The notes below the pieces were generated by a model, which was not told the origin of the DNA, made no database searches, and saw only the letters and a program-made list of their open reading frames with translations. The position numbers and the translations under genes were made by a program. A stretch of DNA of 64,000 nt from Bacteroidales bacterium (lineage in GTDB: Bacteria > Bacteroidota > Bacteroidia > Bacteroidales > UBA932): NCBI GenBank assembly GCA_017454265.1, contig JAFTDJ010000024.1, forward strand, positions 3,329 to 67,328, in the 5' to 3' direction. This document shows positions 28,822 through 37,813 of this stretch, in pieces. The stretch's first letter is position 1. Each line of letters begins with the position of its first letter.

Positions 28822-31199
28822 TGAAAAAGAATTTATTCATATGTCTTGGCATAGTACTGGGTTTCCTGGTGCTGTCTTATGCTTTCGTGCCTCAGTTGCT
28901 TGAGGGTAAAATAGTGAACCAGAGCGACATATCCGGTTGGCAGGGAATGGCGCACGAGAAACAGCAGTGGGACAAGGCCCACCCCGGAGAACCTGCCGCG
29001 TGGACGGGCTCCATGTTTAGCGGAATGCCCACCACCACTATTCAGGCTTCTACCAAGGGAGATTGGACGCAGAAGATTTACGATGTGTTGCTTACGGGAA
29101 AGCGGCCTGCTACTTACCTTTTCGTCTCGCTCCTCGGGGCTTTCCTTATGATGCTGGCTTTCGGGGTGCATCCGCTGATTGCGGCAGGTGGGGCCGTTGC
29201 AGTCACTTTCTGTTCGTACAACATTCAGATAATCCAGGTCGGGCACAATACCAAGATGCAGGCGCTTGCCTTCGCCCCGTGGGTAATGGCCGCGGTGGTA
29301 TATACCTATCGCACGGTGTGCCAAGGGGACAGCAGCTTCAGCCGAATAACGCGAACCCTTTTGGGGGCGGCGCTTTTCGGGCTGGCCGTGAGCCTGCAGG
29401 TCAAGGCCAACCATCCGCAGATATCCTATTATCTGGCCCTGATGATTCTGATTTACGTAGCTGTGCTGCTTGTGTCGCTCATCCGGAAGAAGCAACCCCT
29501 GAAGTGCTTTTGGATAGCGTCGGCGTTGTTGTTGGTGATGGGTGTTGCAGGAATTGGAACCAATGCCATAAAGCTTCTTCCTACCTGGGAATACACGCCT
29601 TACTCGATGCGCGGCGGGTCTTCTTCGGCTTCCGGAGGCGAGTCGCGCAAGGGCTTGGACATAGATTATGCAACCGCCTGGTCTTACGGCTGGGAGGAAC
29701 TGCCCAACCTGGCTATTCCCAACTACAATGGAGGAGCATCCTCGGGGCCTCTGTCTATGGATTCGGAAACCGTTCAACTGCTCAAGCGGGCCGGTCAGGG
29801 CAACCTCAAGCAAGTGAGCAAGCACCTGCCCACTTATTGGGGGCCACAGCCGTTTACCGCCGGACCCATGTATATGGGGGCGGTGACCGTTTTTCTTTTT
29901 ATCCTGGGCCTTTGCTGGTGGAAGGGGAAGGAGCGCTGGTGGGCCGTGATTGCGTCGCTGCTCGCTGTATTCCTTGCGCTTGGGAGCCATTTTCTCTGGT
30001 TTACCAGGCTGTTCTACGACTATGTCCCGCTGTATAATAAATTCCGTACGGTGTCTATGGCTCTGGTTGTGCTGCAGTTTACGCTTCCGGTGCTTGGCTT
30101 CCTGATGCTGGACGGCATAGTCCGCTCTGCAGGGAGCGAAAAGGAATTGCGTCGCAAGGTGCTCATTTCCGGAGGTATTTCTGCCGGCCTCCTCCTGCTG
30201 CTGGCGCTTGCCCAAAGTATGTTCGGCAGTTTTACCGGTGCCGCCGACGCCGGTCAGCCGGAGATACTCACAGATGCGCTTGCAGCGGACCGGTATCACT
30301 TGCTTTGGGCAGATACCTTAAGGTCTTTGGTACTGGTTGTTGCCGCCTGTGCATTGCTGGTGTGGGGCGTTTCGTCGGAAAAACGCAGGCTCGCGGGCGC
30401 AGGACTGGTTTGCGTGCTTGTGCTTGCAGACCTGTTCATTGTTGGCAAACGTTACCTTGGTCCGGACGATTTTACTTCTCCCAAGTCTTTCCAGAGCCAG
30501 TTTGCCAAACGCCCCGTGGATGAAATGATACTCGAAGACAAGGATCCTTCTTACAGGGTGCTGGACCTCACGGTCAACGTGTTCAACGACTCCCACCCCT
30601 CTTACTGGCATAAGAACATCGGAGGTTACTCGCCGGCCAAGCTGCAGATTTACCAGGAATATATCGACGCTCATATCGCTCCGGATATAGCTGCTCTGTC
30701 CCGTGCCATTTCGGGAGCGGCGACTGTTGCCGAGGCGGAAGCGGCGCTTCCGTACCTGGAGAGTCTTGCTGCATTGAACTGCCGTTATATCATTGTAGGC
30801 GAGGAGAATCCTCCGCTGCGCTACAAGTACGCCCGCGGAAACGTCTGGTTCGAGACAGAAGGCGACGGCTACGACATAGACCTTGTAACTTATGCCCCCG
30901 ACCGCCTTGAGTACGAGTATTCAGCGCCCGAAGGGAGACGCGCCGTGTTCAGCGAAATATATTATCCTGCGGGATGGGTGGCGCGTCTGGAAGACGGAAC
31001 CGAGCTGCCGGTGGAGCTTTACGGAGAGGTTCTGAGGAGCGTAAACCTTCCGGAAGGAGACCACAGGCTGGTGATGAGCTTCGAGCCGCAGTCTTACGCG
31101 CGCGGCGAAGCCATATCGCGGGCTTGTTCCATCCTGCTGATTCTGCTGGTTCTTGGTGCCGTTGCTATTTCTTTATCCAGAAAATCCCCTCTTCGATAA
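28821..31199 (+). CDS. YfhO-family polytopic membrane protein (GT-C-like)
   Basis: QSDISGWQG, WTGSMFSGMP, GHNTK, NHPQISYY, YWGPQPFTAGPMY, YNKFR, IGGYSPAKL, VFSEIYYP.GW. Confidence 0.82.
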   Translation: MKKNLFICLGIVLGFLVLSYAFVPQLLEGKIVNQSDISGWQGMAHEKQQWDKAHPGEPAAWTGSMFSGMPTTTIQASTKGDWTQKIYDVLLTGKRPATYLFVSLLGAFLMMLAFGVHPLIAAGGAVAVTFCSYNIQIIQVGHNTKMQALAFAPWVMAAVVYTYRTVCQGDSSFSRITRTLLGAALFGLAVSLQVKANHPQISYYLALMILIYVAVLLVSLIRKKQPLKCFWIASALLLVMGVAGIGTNAIKLLPTWEYTPYSMRGGSSSASGGESRKGLDIDYATAWSYGWEELPNLAIPNYNGGASSGPLSMDSETVQLLKRAGQGNLKQVSKHLPTYWGPQPFTAGPMYMGAVTVFLFILGLCWWKGKERWWAVIASLLAVFLALGSHFLWFTRLFYDYVPLYNKFRTVSMALVVLQFTLPVLGFLMLDGIVRSAGSEKELRRKVLISGGISAGLLLLLALAQSMFGSFTGAADAGQPEILTDALAADRYHLLWADTLRSLVLVVAACALLVWGVSSEKRRLAGAGLVCVLVLADLFIVGKRYLGPDDFTSPKSFQSQFAKRPVDEMILEDKDPSYRVLDLTVNVFNDSHPSYWHKNIGGYSPAKLQIYQEYIDAHIAPDIAALSRAISGAATVAEAEAALPYLESLAALNCRYIIVGEENPPLRYKYARGNVWFETEGDGYDIDLVTYAPDRLEYEYSAPEGRRAVFSEIYYPAGWVARLEDGTELPVELYGEVLRSVNLPEGDHRLVMSFEPQSYARGEAISRACSILLILLVLGAVAISLSRKSPLR

Positions 31200-32019
31200 A
31201 GTAGCATATATCCCTTGGCATGTCGGTGCAGATGTAATCTGCTCCCAGAGCGTTGGACAATGCAACGTCGGTGGCATCGGCGTTGGGCCACAGATTTATG
31301 AGCATTCCCTCTTTGTGGGCGTTATGCATCTCTTCCTGGGTGGTACGCGCCCGGTGGCAGGCCATGCGGTTGGTGCCGATCTCCTTTGCAACCGCACGTG
31401 TTTCCTCCGTGCAGCCTTTAGAAGTAATGTACATTACCTCCGCTTCGGGATGATGCTCCTTCAGGTATTTCAGCACCCTTGTATCGAATGACGAAAATAT
31501 GTATGTTGAGCCTTCGGGCCTGGCTTTAGTGACCGCGGCATAGACATCCTCGGCGTACCGTGCCAGTTTGTCTTCCGGGTAGAGGTCTTCCCTCGACGTC
31601 TTCATCTCGAACTCCACGTATAGTCCACGGTATTCCCCGAAAAGCTTGAGCACTTCGTCAAGCGTGGGTATGCGGTTCCCGCGCCTGGTGCGTAAAGGGC
31701 GTATCGTGCTGTAGCGCATTTTCTCCAGCGTCCCCTCGGCGTTCACCGTGCGCGAGATGTCGAAATCATGCATTATCACGTACTTTCTGTCGGCCGTGGT
31801 ATGAATGTCGAGTTCATAGCCTGTAATGCCGGCCTCCAGGGCGGTCTTGAATGCAGGGATGGTATTTTCGTCCGCTTCGTAGCGCCCTCCGCGGTGGGCG
31901 ACCAGCTGGCCCCTTGTCGTGCCCGGCACGGGTTCCTGGGCAAAAAGAACGGCGCTCACAGGCAAAAGGGATATGGCGGCGGAGACAAGCAGGACCAATT
32001 TCTTCATAGAGGTTTTCAT
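31165..32019 (-). CDS. Glycerophosphodiester phosphodiesterase (start at 32019 or 32007)
   Basis: Signal peptide; VAHRGG..ENTIPAF, ELDIH, IMHD, IPTLDEVL, FSSFD. Confidence 0.88.
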   Translation of the reverse strand: MKTSMKKLVLLVSAAISLLPVSAVLFAQEPVPGTTRGQLVAHRGGRYEADENTIPAFKTALEAGITGYELDIHTTADRKYVIMHDFDISRTVNAEGTLEKMRYSTIRPLRTRRGNRIPTLDEVLKLFGEYRGLYVEFEMKTSREDLYPEDKLARYAEDVYAAVTKARPEGSTYIFSSFDTRVLKYLKEHHPEAEVMYITSKGCTEETRAVAKEIGTNRMACHRARTTQEEMHNAHKEGMLINLWPNADATDVALSNALGADYICTDMPRDICYFIEEGIFWIKK

Positions 32020-32057
32020 TTTCGCAAATATAGCAATATCTTTGCAGAAAAAGAGAG

Positions 32058-32402
32058 ATGGCCGACAATGATTGGAAATCGCGTCTGGGTGTTGTGTACT
32101 CTACGAATCCGGACTTTAAATACACTCAGGAGAGTACACCTGAGGCAGAAACCCCGCCCCCTTCAAAGCAAAGGCTCATCGTGCGCATAGACCGCCGTCA
32201 GAGAGCCGGGAAGCAGGTTACGCTGGTGGATGGGTTCATAGGCTCCTCGGATGACCTTGCTGCGCTGGCAAAGACGCTAAAGACAAAATGCGGAGTTGGC
32301 GGAACGGCAAAAGAGGGAGAAATAACTGTTCAAGGCGACTTGCGGGACAAAGTGGTCGCTCTGTTGCAGGGAATGGGATACAACGCAAAAAGGGGTAACT
32401 GA
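32058..32402 (+). CDS. SUI1/YciH translation initiation factor
   Basis: GVVYSTNPDF, R.GKQVT, LKTKCGVGG, VQGD. Confidence 0.9.
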   Translation: MADNDWKSRLGVVYSTNPDFKYTQESTPEAETPPPSKQRLIVRIDRRQRAGKQVTLVDGFIGSSDDLAALAKTLKTKCGVGGTAKEGEITVQGDLRDKVVALLQGMGYNAKRGN

Positions 32403-33106
32403 TGCCGGATCTTTTCAGGGGAGGAACGCTGGAAATGTCCCAGGTGCCTTTGACGGCACCCGGGACGGCCGAATTGTGGGGAGACTGTATGGTCAACCGG
32501 ATTGCGGTTATGGTGTGCCTTGCCTTGATTGTCGTGGAGATTCCCAACATTCTGCGCATATATCCTTCTTTGATACGATGTGTACCGCTGTGGAAGGCGA
32601 ATGTTGACGTGGAGCACAGTATGGGTACTGCACGCACCCGGAATACAATCTCAGTTGTGCTTATACCGGTATTGTGCGTGTTAGCAGACCGCTGGCGGCT
32701 TATTGCGCCTTCTTTCAAGACGGCATTGCCGGATTATTTACAGCTGGCTGTTACCGCAGGCATAATTGCAGGGATGCTTTTGCTTCGCCGGTTGCTGTTT
32801 ATCATCTCAAGATTCCGCAATCGCAGGAACGAGTACAACGCTACCATGCAAAATTCCCTTTACAACTATCTCATTATTTTATGTTCCGTGATGCTTGTTA
32901 CGGTGCTGTTGCTGCTGGCAATAAGTGCCGCAGATGAGGTTGTAAGGGTGGTTCTGCTGGCAGAAGCAGCATTTTTCTCACTGCTGTACCTGGTTCGCAA
33001 AAGTCAAATTTTATCATCCCGCTTTTCTAGTTTTGCAACTATTTTGTATCTTTGCGCCCTCGAAATTCTGCCAATTGGAATTTTGATTTTCGTTTGCGCA
33101 CTATGA
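32402..33106 (+). CDS. DUF4271-like membrane protein
   Basis: Multiple TM helices, C-terminal ILYLCALEILP, and position upstream of hemD. Confidence 0.7.
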   Translation: MPDLFRGGTLEMSQVPLTAPGTAELWGDCMVNRIAVMVCLALIVVEIPNILRIYPSLIRCVPLWKANVDVEHSMGTARTRNTISVVLIPVLCVLADRWRLIAPSFKTALPDYLQLAVTAGIIAGMLLLRRLLFIISRFRNRRNEYNATMQNSLYNYLIILCSVMLVTVLLLLAISAADEVVRVVLLAEAAFFSLLYLVRKSQILSSRFSSFATILYLCALEILPIGILIFVCAL

Positions 33107-33834
33107 AAGTACTGATATCCCAGAAAGCGCCGTCGAACCTGAAGGCTTACCAGAGTCTGGAAGAGAAATATGGAGTACAGGTGGAATTCCACCCTTTTTT
33201 CTTGATCGAACCCCTTTCGGCCAAGGAATTCCGAAGTCAGAGGATAAATCTCCCCGACTATACGGCAATAGTTTTCTCGTCCCGGCACGCCATAGATGCA
33301 TATTTCAAGCTTTGCGAAGACGTTCGCTTCAAGGTGCCGGAGACGATGAAGTATTTCTGCACCACAGAATTGGTTGCGCTCTATCTGCAGAAGCACGTGG
33401 TCTATCGCAAGCGCAAGATCTTCTTCGGTGACGGTACACCCCAGTCTGTGGTGGCTCTGATAGGCCCGAAGCACAAGGGCGAGAAGTTCCTCGTTACTAC
33501 ATCTGCAGAAGGCAATACCACGCCCATAACTTCCCTGTTCGAGAAGGCTGGCCTTGACTATACTGTATCCGTACTTGTGAAGTCAGTAACCCAGGACCTT
33601 TCCGGTATTATGCTGGAAAATTACGGGGCGCTGGTACTATACAACCCCTACGACCTCAAGTCGCTGCGGGCAAGCTTCCCGGATTTCGACCTTAAGTCCA
33701 TACCGCTGATTTCTTACGGTAAGGGAATAGCCAAGGCGCTCAAAGAAGAAGGATTGAGCATAGCGGTTGAGGGGCCTACTCCGGACATACAGTCCGCGGC
33801 TAAAGCAATTGACGTTTTTTTAAGCTCTAAATAA
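33103..33834 (+). CDS. hemD: Uroporphyrinogen-III synthase-like protein
   Basis: KVLISQ..P, F.PF..IE, TAIVFSSRHAID, MKYFC, ALYLQK..YRKRKIFFG (Bacteroidetes type). Confidence 0.8.
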   Translation: MKVLISQKAPSNLKAYQSLEEKYGVQVEFHPFFLIEPLSAKEFRSQRINLPDYTAIVFSSRHAIDAYFKLCEDVRFKVPETMKYFCTTELVALYLQKHVVYRKRKIFFGDGTPQSVVALIGPKHKGEKFLVTTSAEGNTTPITSLFEKAGLDYTVSVLVKSVTQDLSGIMLENYGALVLYNPYDLKSLRASFPDFDLKSIPLISYGKGIAKALKEEGLSIAVEGPTPDIQSAAKAIDVFLSSK

Positions 33835-33835
33835 T

Positions 33836-34183
33836 TTGCCGGCAACCCTGCCAAAAAAAGAAAGGCTGTCCGGAAAGACTGCAATCGCCGTTCTGACCGG
33901 CAGAGGAAAGTGGGACCATACGCCCCACCTCCGCTGCTGTTGCCTGTCCGGAACCGGTACCGGCCTGAACCGCATCATGGTTTCCGTTCCCAAAAGGTAT
34001 TTCAAGCGTGCCGTCAGGCGGAATCTGCTCAAAAGGCGTCTGCGCGAGGCATACAGGCTGCAGAAAGACCTTCTGGAAGAGCCCGGGCACGATATTCTTT
34101 TTGTTTATAATAACGCGGAAGTTGTTGAGTTCTCCGTTATTTTCGGAGAAGTCGGCGACTTGCTGAAAAGAATTGCCAGATGA
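33836..34183 (+). CDS. rnpA: Ribonuclease P protein component
   Basis: TTG start; [34 protein letters not shown]. Confidence 0.9.
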   Translation: MPATLPKKERLSGKTAIAVLTGRGKWDHTPHLRCCCLSGTGTGLNRIMVSVPKRYFKRAVRRNLLKRRLREAYRLQKDLLEEPGHDILFVYNNAEVVEFSVIFGEVGDLLKRIAR

Positions 34184-34419
34184 CGGCGGGCGAACTCATC
34201 AAGCGGGTTTTCAATGCTCCGTTCATTCTTCTGATACAGTTTTACAGGCACTGTATTTCCCCGTTCCTGCCCAACAGCTGCCGCTTTACCCCCACCTGCT
34301 CGCAGTACGCCCTTGAGGCTTTTCGCAAATACGGGCCGTTGAAGGGGTTCTGGCTGTCGCTCAAGCGCATCCTGCGCTGCCATCCGTTCGGCGGCAGCGG
34401 GTACGACCCGGTGCCGTAG
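34180..34419 (+). CDS. yidD: Membrane protein insertion efficiency factor YidD
   Basis: [17 protein letters not shown]...[15 protein letters not shown]. Confidence 0.95.
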   Translation: MTAGELIKRVFNAPFILLIQFYRHCISPFLPNSCRFTPTCSQYALEAFRKYGPLKGFWLSLKRILRCHPFGGSGYDPVP

Positions 34420-34514
34420 TATAATACTTCCCGAGTTGAGCGAGGTCGATAATAACTAAGCTTATCTCGCGCAGCGAAATAGTAACAGAGAGACTTCTAC
34501 GCAATTATTGGTGC

Positions 34515-34545
34515 ACGAGGTCGAAGCCATGATATTCGACCTCGT
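34515..34545. terminator. 11-bp stem-loop between convergent yidD and HTH genes
   Basis: ACGAGGTCGAA-N9-TTCGACCTCGT. Confidence 0.55.
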
Positions 34546-34578
34546 ACGCTTAATTTAGCTTTCGCTATTGGGTAAGAG

Positions 34579-34782
34579 CTACTCTGGACGGTACTCAAGG
34601 ATGTCTCCCGGAGAACAGTCGAGAGCGGAGCAGAGGGCGTCCAGGGTCGAGAAGCGTATGGCTTTAGCCTTGCCGGTTTTGAGAATGGAGATATTGGCCG
34701 GCGAGATGCCCACTTTCTCGGAAAGCTCCCCGGAGGACATTTTCCTCCGGGCGAGCATCACGTCCAGATTAACCACTATCAT
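34579..34782 (-). CDS. Cro/XRE HTH regulator (YozG-like)
   Basis: IVVNLDVMLARRKM..ELSEKVGI..ANISILKTGKAKAIRFSTL..C.PGDILEY. Confidence 0.9.
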   Translation of the reverse strand: MIVVNLDVMLARRKMSSGELSEKVGISPANISILKTGKAKAIRFSTLDALCSALDCSPGDILEYRPE

Positions 34783-34785
34783 ACC

Positions 34786-36153
34786 TTATTCCTCGCTTTT
34801 TTGCTCTTCTGCCTCGGCCTTGGATTCGCCCTTCAGGTAATTGGGCAGTTCCATTCCGGCCATCTTGAACAGGTCTTCCATAGGAGGAACAGATTTCATA
34901 AGTCCGGAGATAAAGTTGGACGTGGCGGTTTTTCCGTCAGTGCCGTTGCCGGTGTCCCATACGGTAACCTTGTCTATGTTGATACCCTTCACGGCTTCCA
35001 CCTGGGTCTTTACCAGCTCCGGCAGTTTGTCGGTGATGAGCATGGTGATAGCCTGGCTGGCGTCTCCTCCGGCTGCGGCAACCAGCTGGCCGAAACCGGC
35101 AGCCTGCTTGCTCAGCACTTCCAGGGTACCGCGAGCCTGGGCGTCCATCTTGGCGAAGATGGCGTCTGCCTCACCCTTTGCCTTGCGGCGGAGCTGTTCG
35201 GCCTCTGCTTCCGCCTCGATAATAGCGCGTTCCTTTTCTATCTGTGCTGCAACCACGATATTCGCCTGCTGGGTGGCCTTCTCGCGCTCGGCGCGGGCAA
35301 GTTCGGCATCGCGTTCGCTCTTGTAGGCTTCCTCGAGTGCCTTTGCGGCCTGTACCTTTTCTGCGGCAACGGCAAGGCGTTCAGCTTCAGCCTGTTTCTC
35401 ACGGCGCTGCGCGTCGGAGTTGGCTATTTCTATCTTTGCGGAGTTCTCTCCTTTCACTGCGTCGGCGTCGGCGGCGGCCACGTTCACGCGGGTGTCCTTG
35501 TCGGCCAGGGCCTTTCCGGTTTCACCGAAACGGTTCTGCTCTGCAACGCTCTTCTTGGCGTCGTTGATGGCTTTGGCTGCGGCTTCCTTGCCGAGAGCCT
35601 CGATGTAGCCGGACTCGTCGCGAATATCCGTAACGTTTACGTTGATGAGTTTCAGGCCGATCTTGCGGAGTTCTGCCTCCACGTTCTGGCTCACGGCTGC
35701 GAGGAACTTATCCCGGTCGGCGTTGATTTCCTCTATGTCCATGGTGGCAATCACGAGACGCAGCTGGCCGAAGAGAATGTCGGTGGCCACGTTGCGGATC
35801 TCGTCCGGGGCAAGGCCAAGCAAACGCTCGGCGGCGTTGGTCATAACTTCCGGCTCCGTGCTGATACCCACGGTGAAGCGGCAAGGTACGTCAACTCGAA
35901 TGTTTTGCTTGCTCAGGGCGTTGGTAAGGTTGCACTCGATGGAAATGGGGGTAAGGTCCAGATAAGCATAGTTCTGGAATACGGGCCAAATGAACGCTGC
36001 GCCTCCGTGGATACACTTGGCGGAATTGTTCTTGCCGGTCTTTCCGTATATGACCAGAATCTTGTCTGAAGGGCACCTGCGATACCTGCGGAGGATGGCC
36101 GCGAAGGTGACGAACAGGACAAATACAATGATGAGAATGAGATAAAGTTGCAT
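34786..36153 (-). CDS. Flotillin/SPFH domain protein
   Basis: N-terminal TM, RYRRCPSDKILVIYG, GGAAFIWPV, GQLRLVIATMDIEEIN.DR, long AE-rich coiled coil, IDKVTVWD. Confidence 0.92.
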   Translation of the reverse strand: MQLYLILIIVFVLFVTFAAILRRYRRCPSDKILVIYGKTGKNNSAKCIHGGAAFIWPVFQNYAYLDLTPISIECNLTNALSKQNIRVDVPCRFTVGISTEPEVMTNAAERLLGLAPDEIRNVATDILFGQLRLVIATMDIEEINADRDKFLAAVSQNVEAELRKIGLKLINVNVTDIRDESGYIEALGKEAAAKAINDAKKSVAEQNRFGETGKALADKDTRVNVAAADADAVKGENSAKIEIANSDAQRREKQAEAERLAVAAEKVQAAKALEEAYKSERDAELARAEREKATQQANIVVAAQIEKERAIIEAEAEAEQLRRKAKGEADAIFAKMDAQARGTLEVLSKQAAGFGQLVAAAGGDASQAITMLITDKLPELVKTQVEAVKGINIDKVTVWDTGNGTDGKTATSNFISGLMKSVPPMEDLFKMAGMELPNYLKGESKAEAEEQKSEE

Positions 36154-36177
36154 AGCGGTATTGGTGTTAAATGATTA

Positions 36178-36780
36178 TCAGACAATAAGAGTTTCGAGGG
36201 GCTCCACCAGAAGTGTTTCTGCGCTTAGAGCTTCCACAACGCGTATGGATGCGCCCGTAGGCAGGGCCTCGCCGTCGGTTACGGCTTCGTATTCGCGAAC
36301 CGAGTTGTTGATGGTGATCTGCACCTTTCCGCTGCCGCTGCGACTGGCTGGAATTGCCAGATAGACTTTTCCCTCGCAGCCCGCGGATGCGCGGAACACG
36401 TTGATGTTCCCGGCCTGCTGCATTCCGCTAAGCCACTTGAAGAGCAGCATGACAAGGAATACCAGTGCCACGCCAATCAAGATTGAAACTACCATCAGCA
36501 CGGTGGTGGACTGAATGCTCTCCCTAAGAAGTATTGCAGACCAGCCGAAGCCAAGCAGGAAATTAACCAGGTTGCGGAAAGTAAGCAGCCCCATTCCGGT
36601 GCTGCCATCTCCGTCGGCCCCGGACACATCCACGTCCGTGTCCAGGTCAAAGTCACCACCTCCGGAGTCCGCACCTATGAAGGTAAGAATGCTCTGGATG
36701 ATAAAAATCAGCGATACAGAGAGCGTGATGGCCCACAGGACCTTCATCATAACGCTCAGGGAACTCCACCATTCGACCAT
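36178..36780 (-). CDS. NfeD-like membrane protein (short type, C-terminal OB-fold)
   Basis: TM helices, TFRNLVNFLLGFGWS, G.VYL.IPA...GKVQI...REYEAVT; directly upstream of the flotillin gene. Confidence 0.85.
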   Translation of the reverse strand: MVEWWSSLSVMMKVLWAITLSVSLIFIIQSILTFIGADSGGGDFDLDTDVDVSGADGDGSTGMGLLTFRNLVNFLLGFGWSAILLRESIQSTTVLMVVSILIGVALVFLVMLLFKWLSGMQQAGNINVFRASAGCEGKVYLAIPASRSGSGKVQITINNSVREYEAVTDGEALPTGASIRVVEALSAETLLVEPLETLIV

Positions 36781-36812
36781 AATATAGATATTGTTTATCG
36801 GGTTATTTTTGG

Positions 36813-36857
36813 CAAATATAATAAATATTTATTGAAAAACAATATTTAATTGAAAAA
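36813..36857 (-). promoter_or_regulatory. Promoter of the nfeD-flotillin-HTH operon with candidate operator
   Basis: TATATTTG -7 box (minus strand, 36813-20); palindrome TATTG-AAAAA-CAATA at 36830-44; ATTGAAAAA repeated at 36831 and 36849. Confidence 0.6.
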
Positions 36858-36903
36858 TTTATTATTGGCCTCCGGAGCGGAGCTGCGGTTAACAAGGGAG
36901 ACA

Positions 36904-36939
36904 ACAAAAAGACCGGCTGAAATCCAGCCGGTCTTTTTG
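36904..36939 (-). terminator. Intrinsic terminator directly downstream of tRNA-Leu
   Basis: AAAAAGACCGGCTG-AAATC-CAGCCGGTCTTTTT, with T-tails on both strands. Confidence 0.85.
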
Positions 36940-37022
36940 TGCGGTAGGTGAGACTCGAACTCACACAGGCCAATGCCCACTACCCCCTCAAAGTAGCGTG
37001 TCTACCATTTCACCACTACCGC
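36940..37022 (-). tRNA. tRNA-Leu (anticodon GAG)
   Basis: Reverse complement: GCGGTAG acceptor stem, D-loop GAAATGGTAGAC, anticodon arm CTACT-TTGAGGG-GGTAG, long variable arm, GTTCGAGT T-loop, discriminator A, CCA not encoded; TAATTTTG box at 37039-46. Confidence 0.95.
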
Positions 37023-37102
37023 AGATATTTTAGGACTGCAAAATTAAGCATATTTCGCAGAATCGCAAAAAATTTTTGATAACTTTGCGTAAAACTTTCG
37101 GA

Positions 37103-37813
37103 ATGTTGAAGTTAAATGTCCCCGGAGACGGCTCTAAAATGCTGCTGCACAGTTGCTGCGCGCCATGCAGCGGTGCCGTGCTGGAGTGCCTGCTTGCCAA
37201 CGGCATACGGCCGGTGGTGTTTTTCAGCAACTCCAACATCACCCCCTTCAGCGAGTACGAACTCCGCCGCAACGAACTTGCGCGCTACTGCAAATCGCTC
37301 GGTGTCACAATGGTGGACGACGAGTATGATCATGACGCGTGGCGCGGCTTCGTGCTGGCAATCAACGATGAAACATCAGACGGGTTCCGGGGGGAACTGG
37401 GGGATAACGGCCGATCCAGGGCACAGGAGCTGGCGGCTGCACCGGAGCGCGGCGAACGGTGCCTCCGCTGCTTCAAGTTCCGCCTTCGTCGTGCTGCGGC
37501 GTATGCAGCTGCGCACGATATTCCGGTGTTTACGACTACGCTTGCCTCTTCCCGATGGAAGAGCCTGGAGCAGGTTGCGGAGGCAGGCGACTGGGCGGCA
37601 AAAGAAACTTGCAGCGCACACGAAAACGTAGCCCCCCGTCCCCTGGGGGTGCAGGGGGATAATAGTGTGGTTCCAGAAGAGCACAACGTGCTCTTCTGGA
37701 ACCAGAATTGGCGCCGCGGCGGCCTGCAGGAGCGTCGCAGCCAGATTATCTGCGAACAAGGCTTTTACAACCAGAACTGGTGCGGCTGCGAATTCTCACA
37801 CAGAAACGTATGA
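37103..37813 (+). CDS. queH: Epoxyqueuosine reductase QueH with two ~20 aa insertions
   Basis: LLHSCCAPCS, N.NI.P..EY..R, PERG.RC..CF..RL, FTTTLASSRWK, YNQNWCGCEFS; TAACTTTG box at 37080-87. Confidence 0.9.
   Translation: MLKLNVPGDGSKMLLHSCCAPCSGAVLECLLANGIRPVVFFSNSNITPFSEYELRRNELARYCKSLGVTMVDDEYDHDAWRGFVLAINDETSDGFRGELGDNGRSRAQELAAAPERGERCLRCFKFRLRRAAAYAAAHDIPVFTTTLASSRWKSLEQVAEAGDWAAKETCSAHENVAPRPLGVQGDNSVVPEEHNVLFWNQNWRRGGLQERRSQIICEQGFYNQNWCGCEFSHRNV

Noticed and set aside
36840-37022. tRNA-Leu as the integration site of an island
   Set aside because: The terminator abuts the tRNA 3' end; I saw no integrase and no duplicated tRNA 3' fragment.
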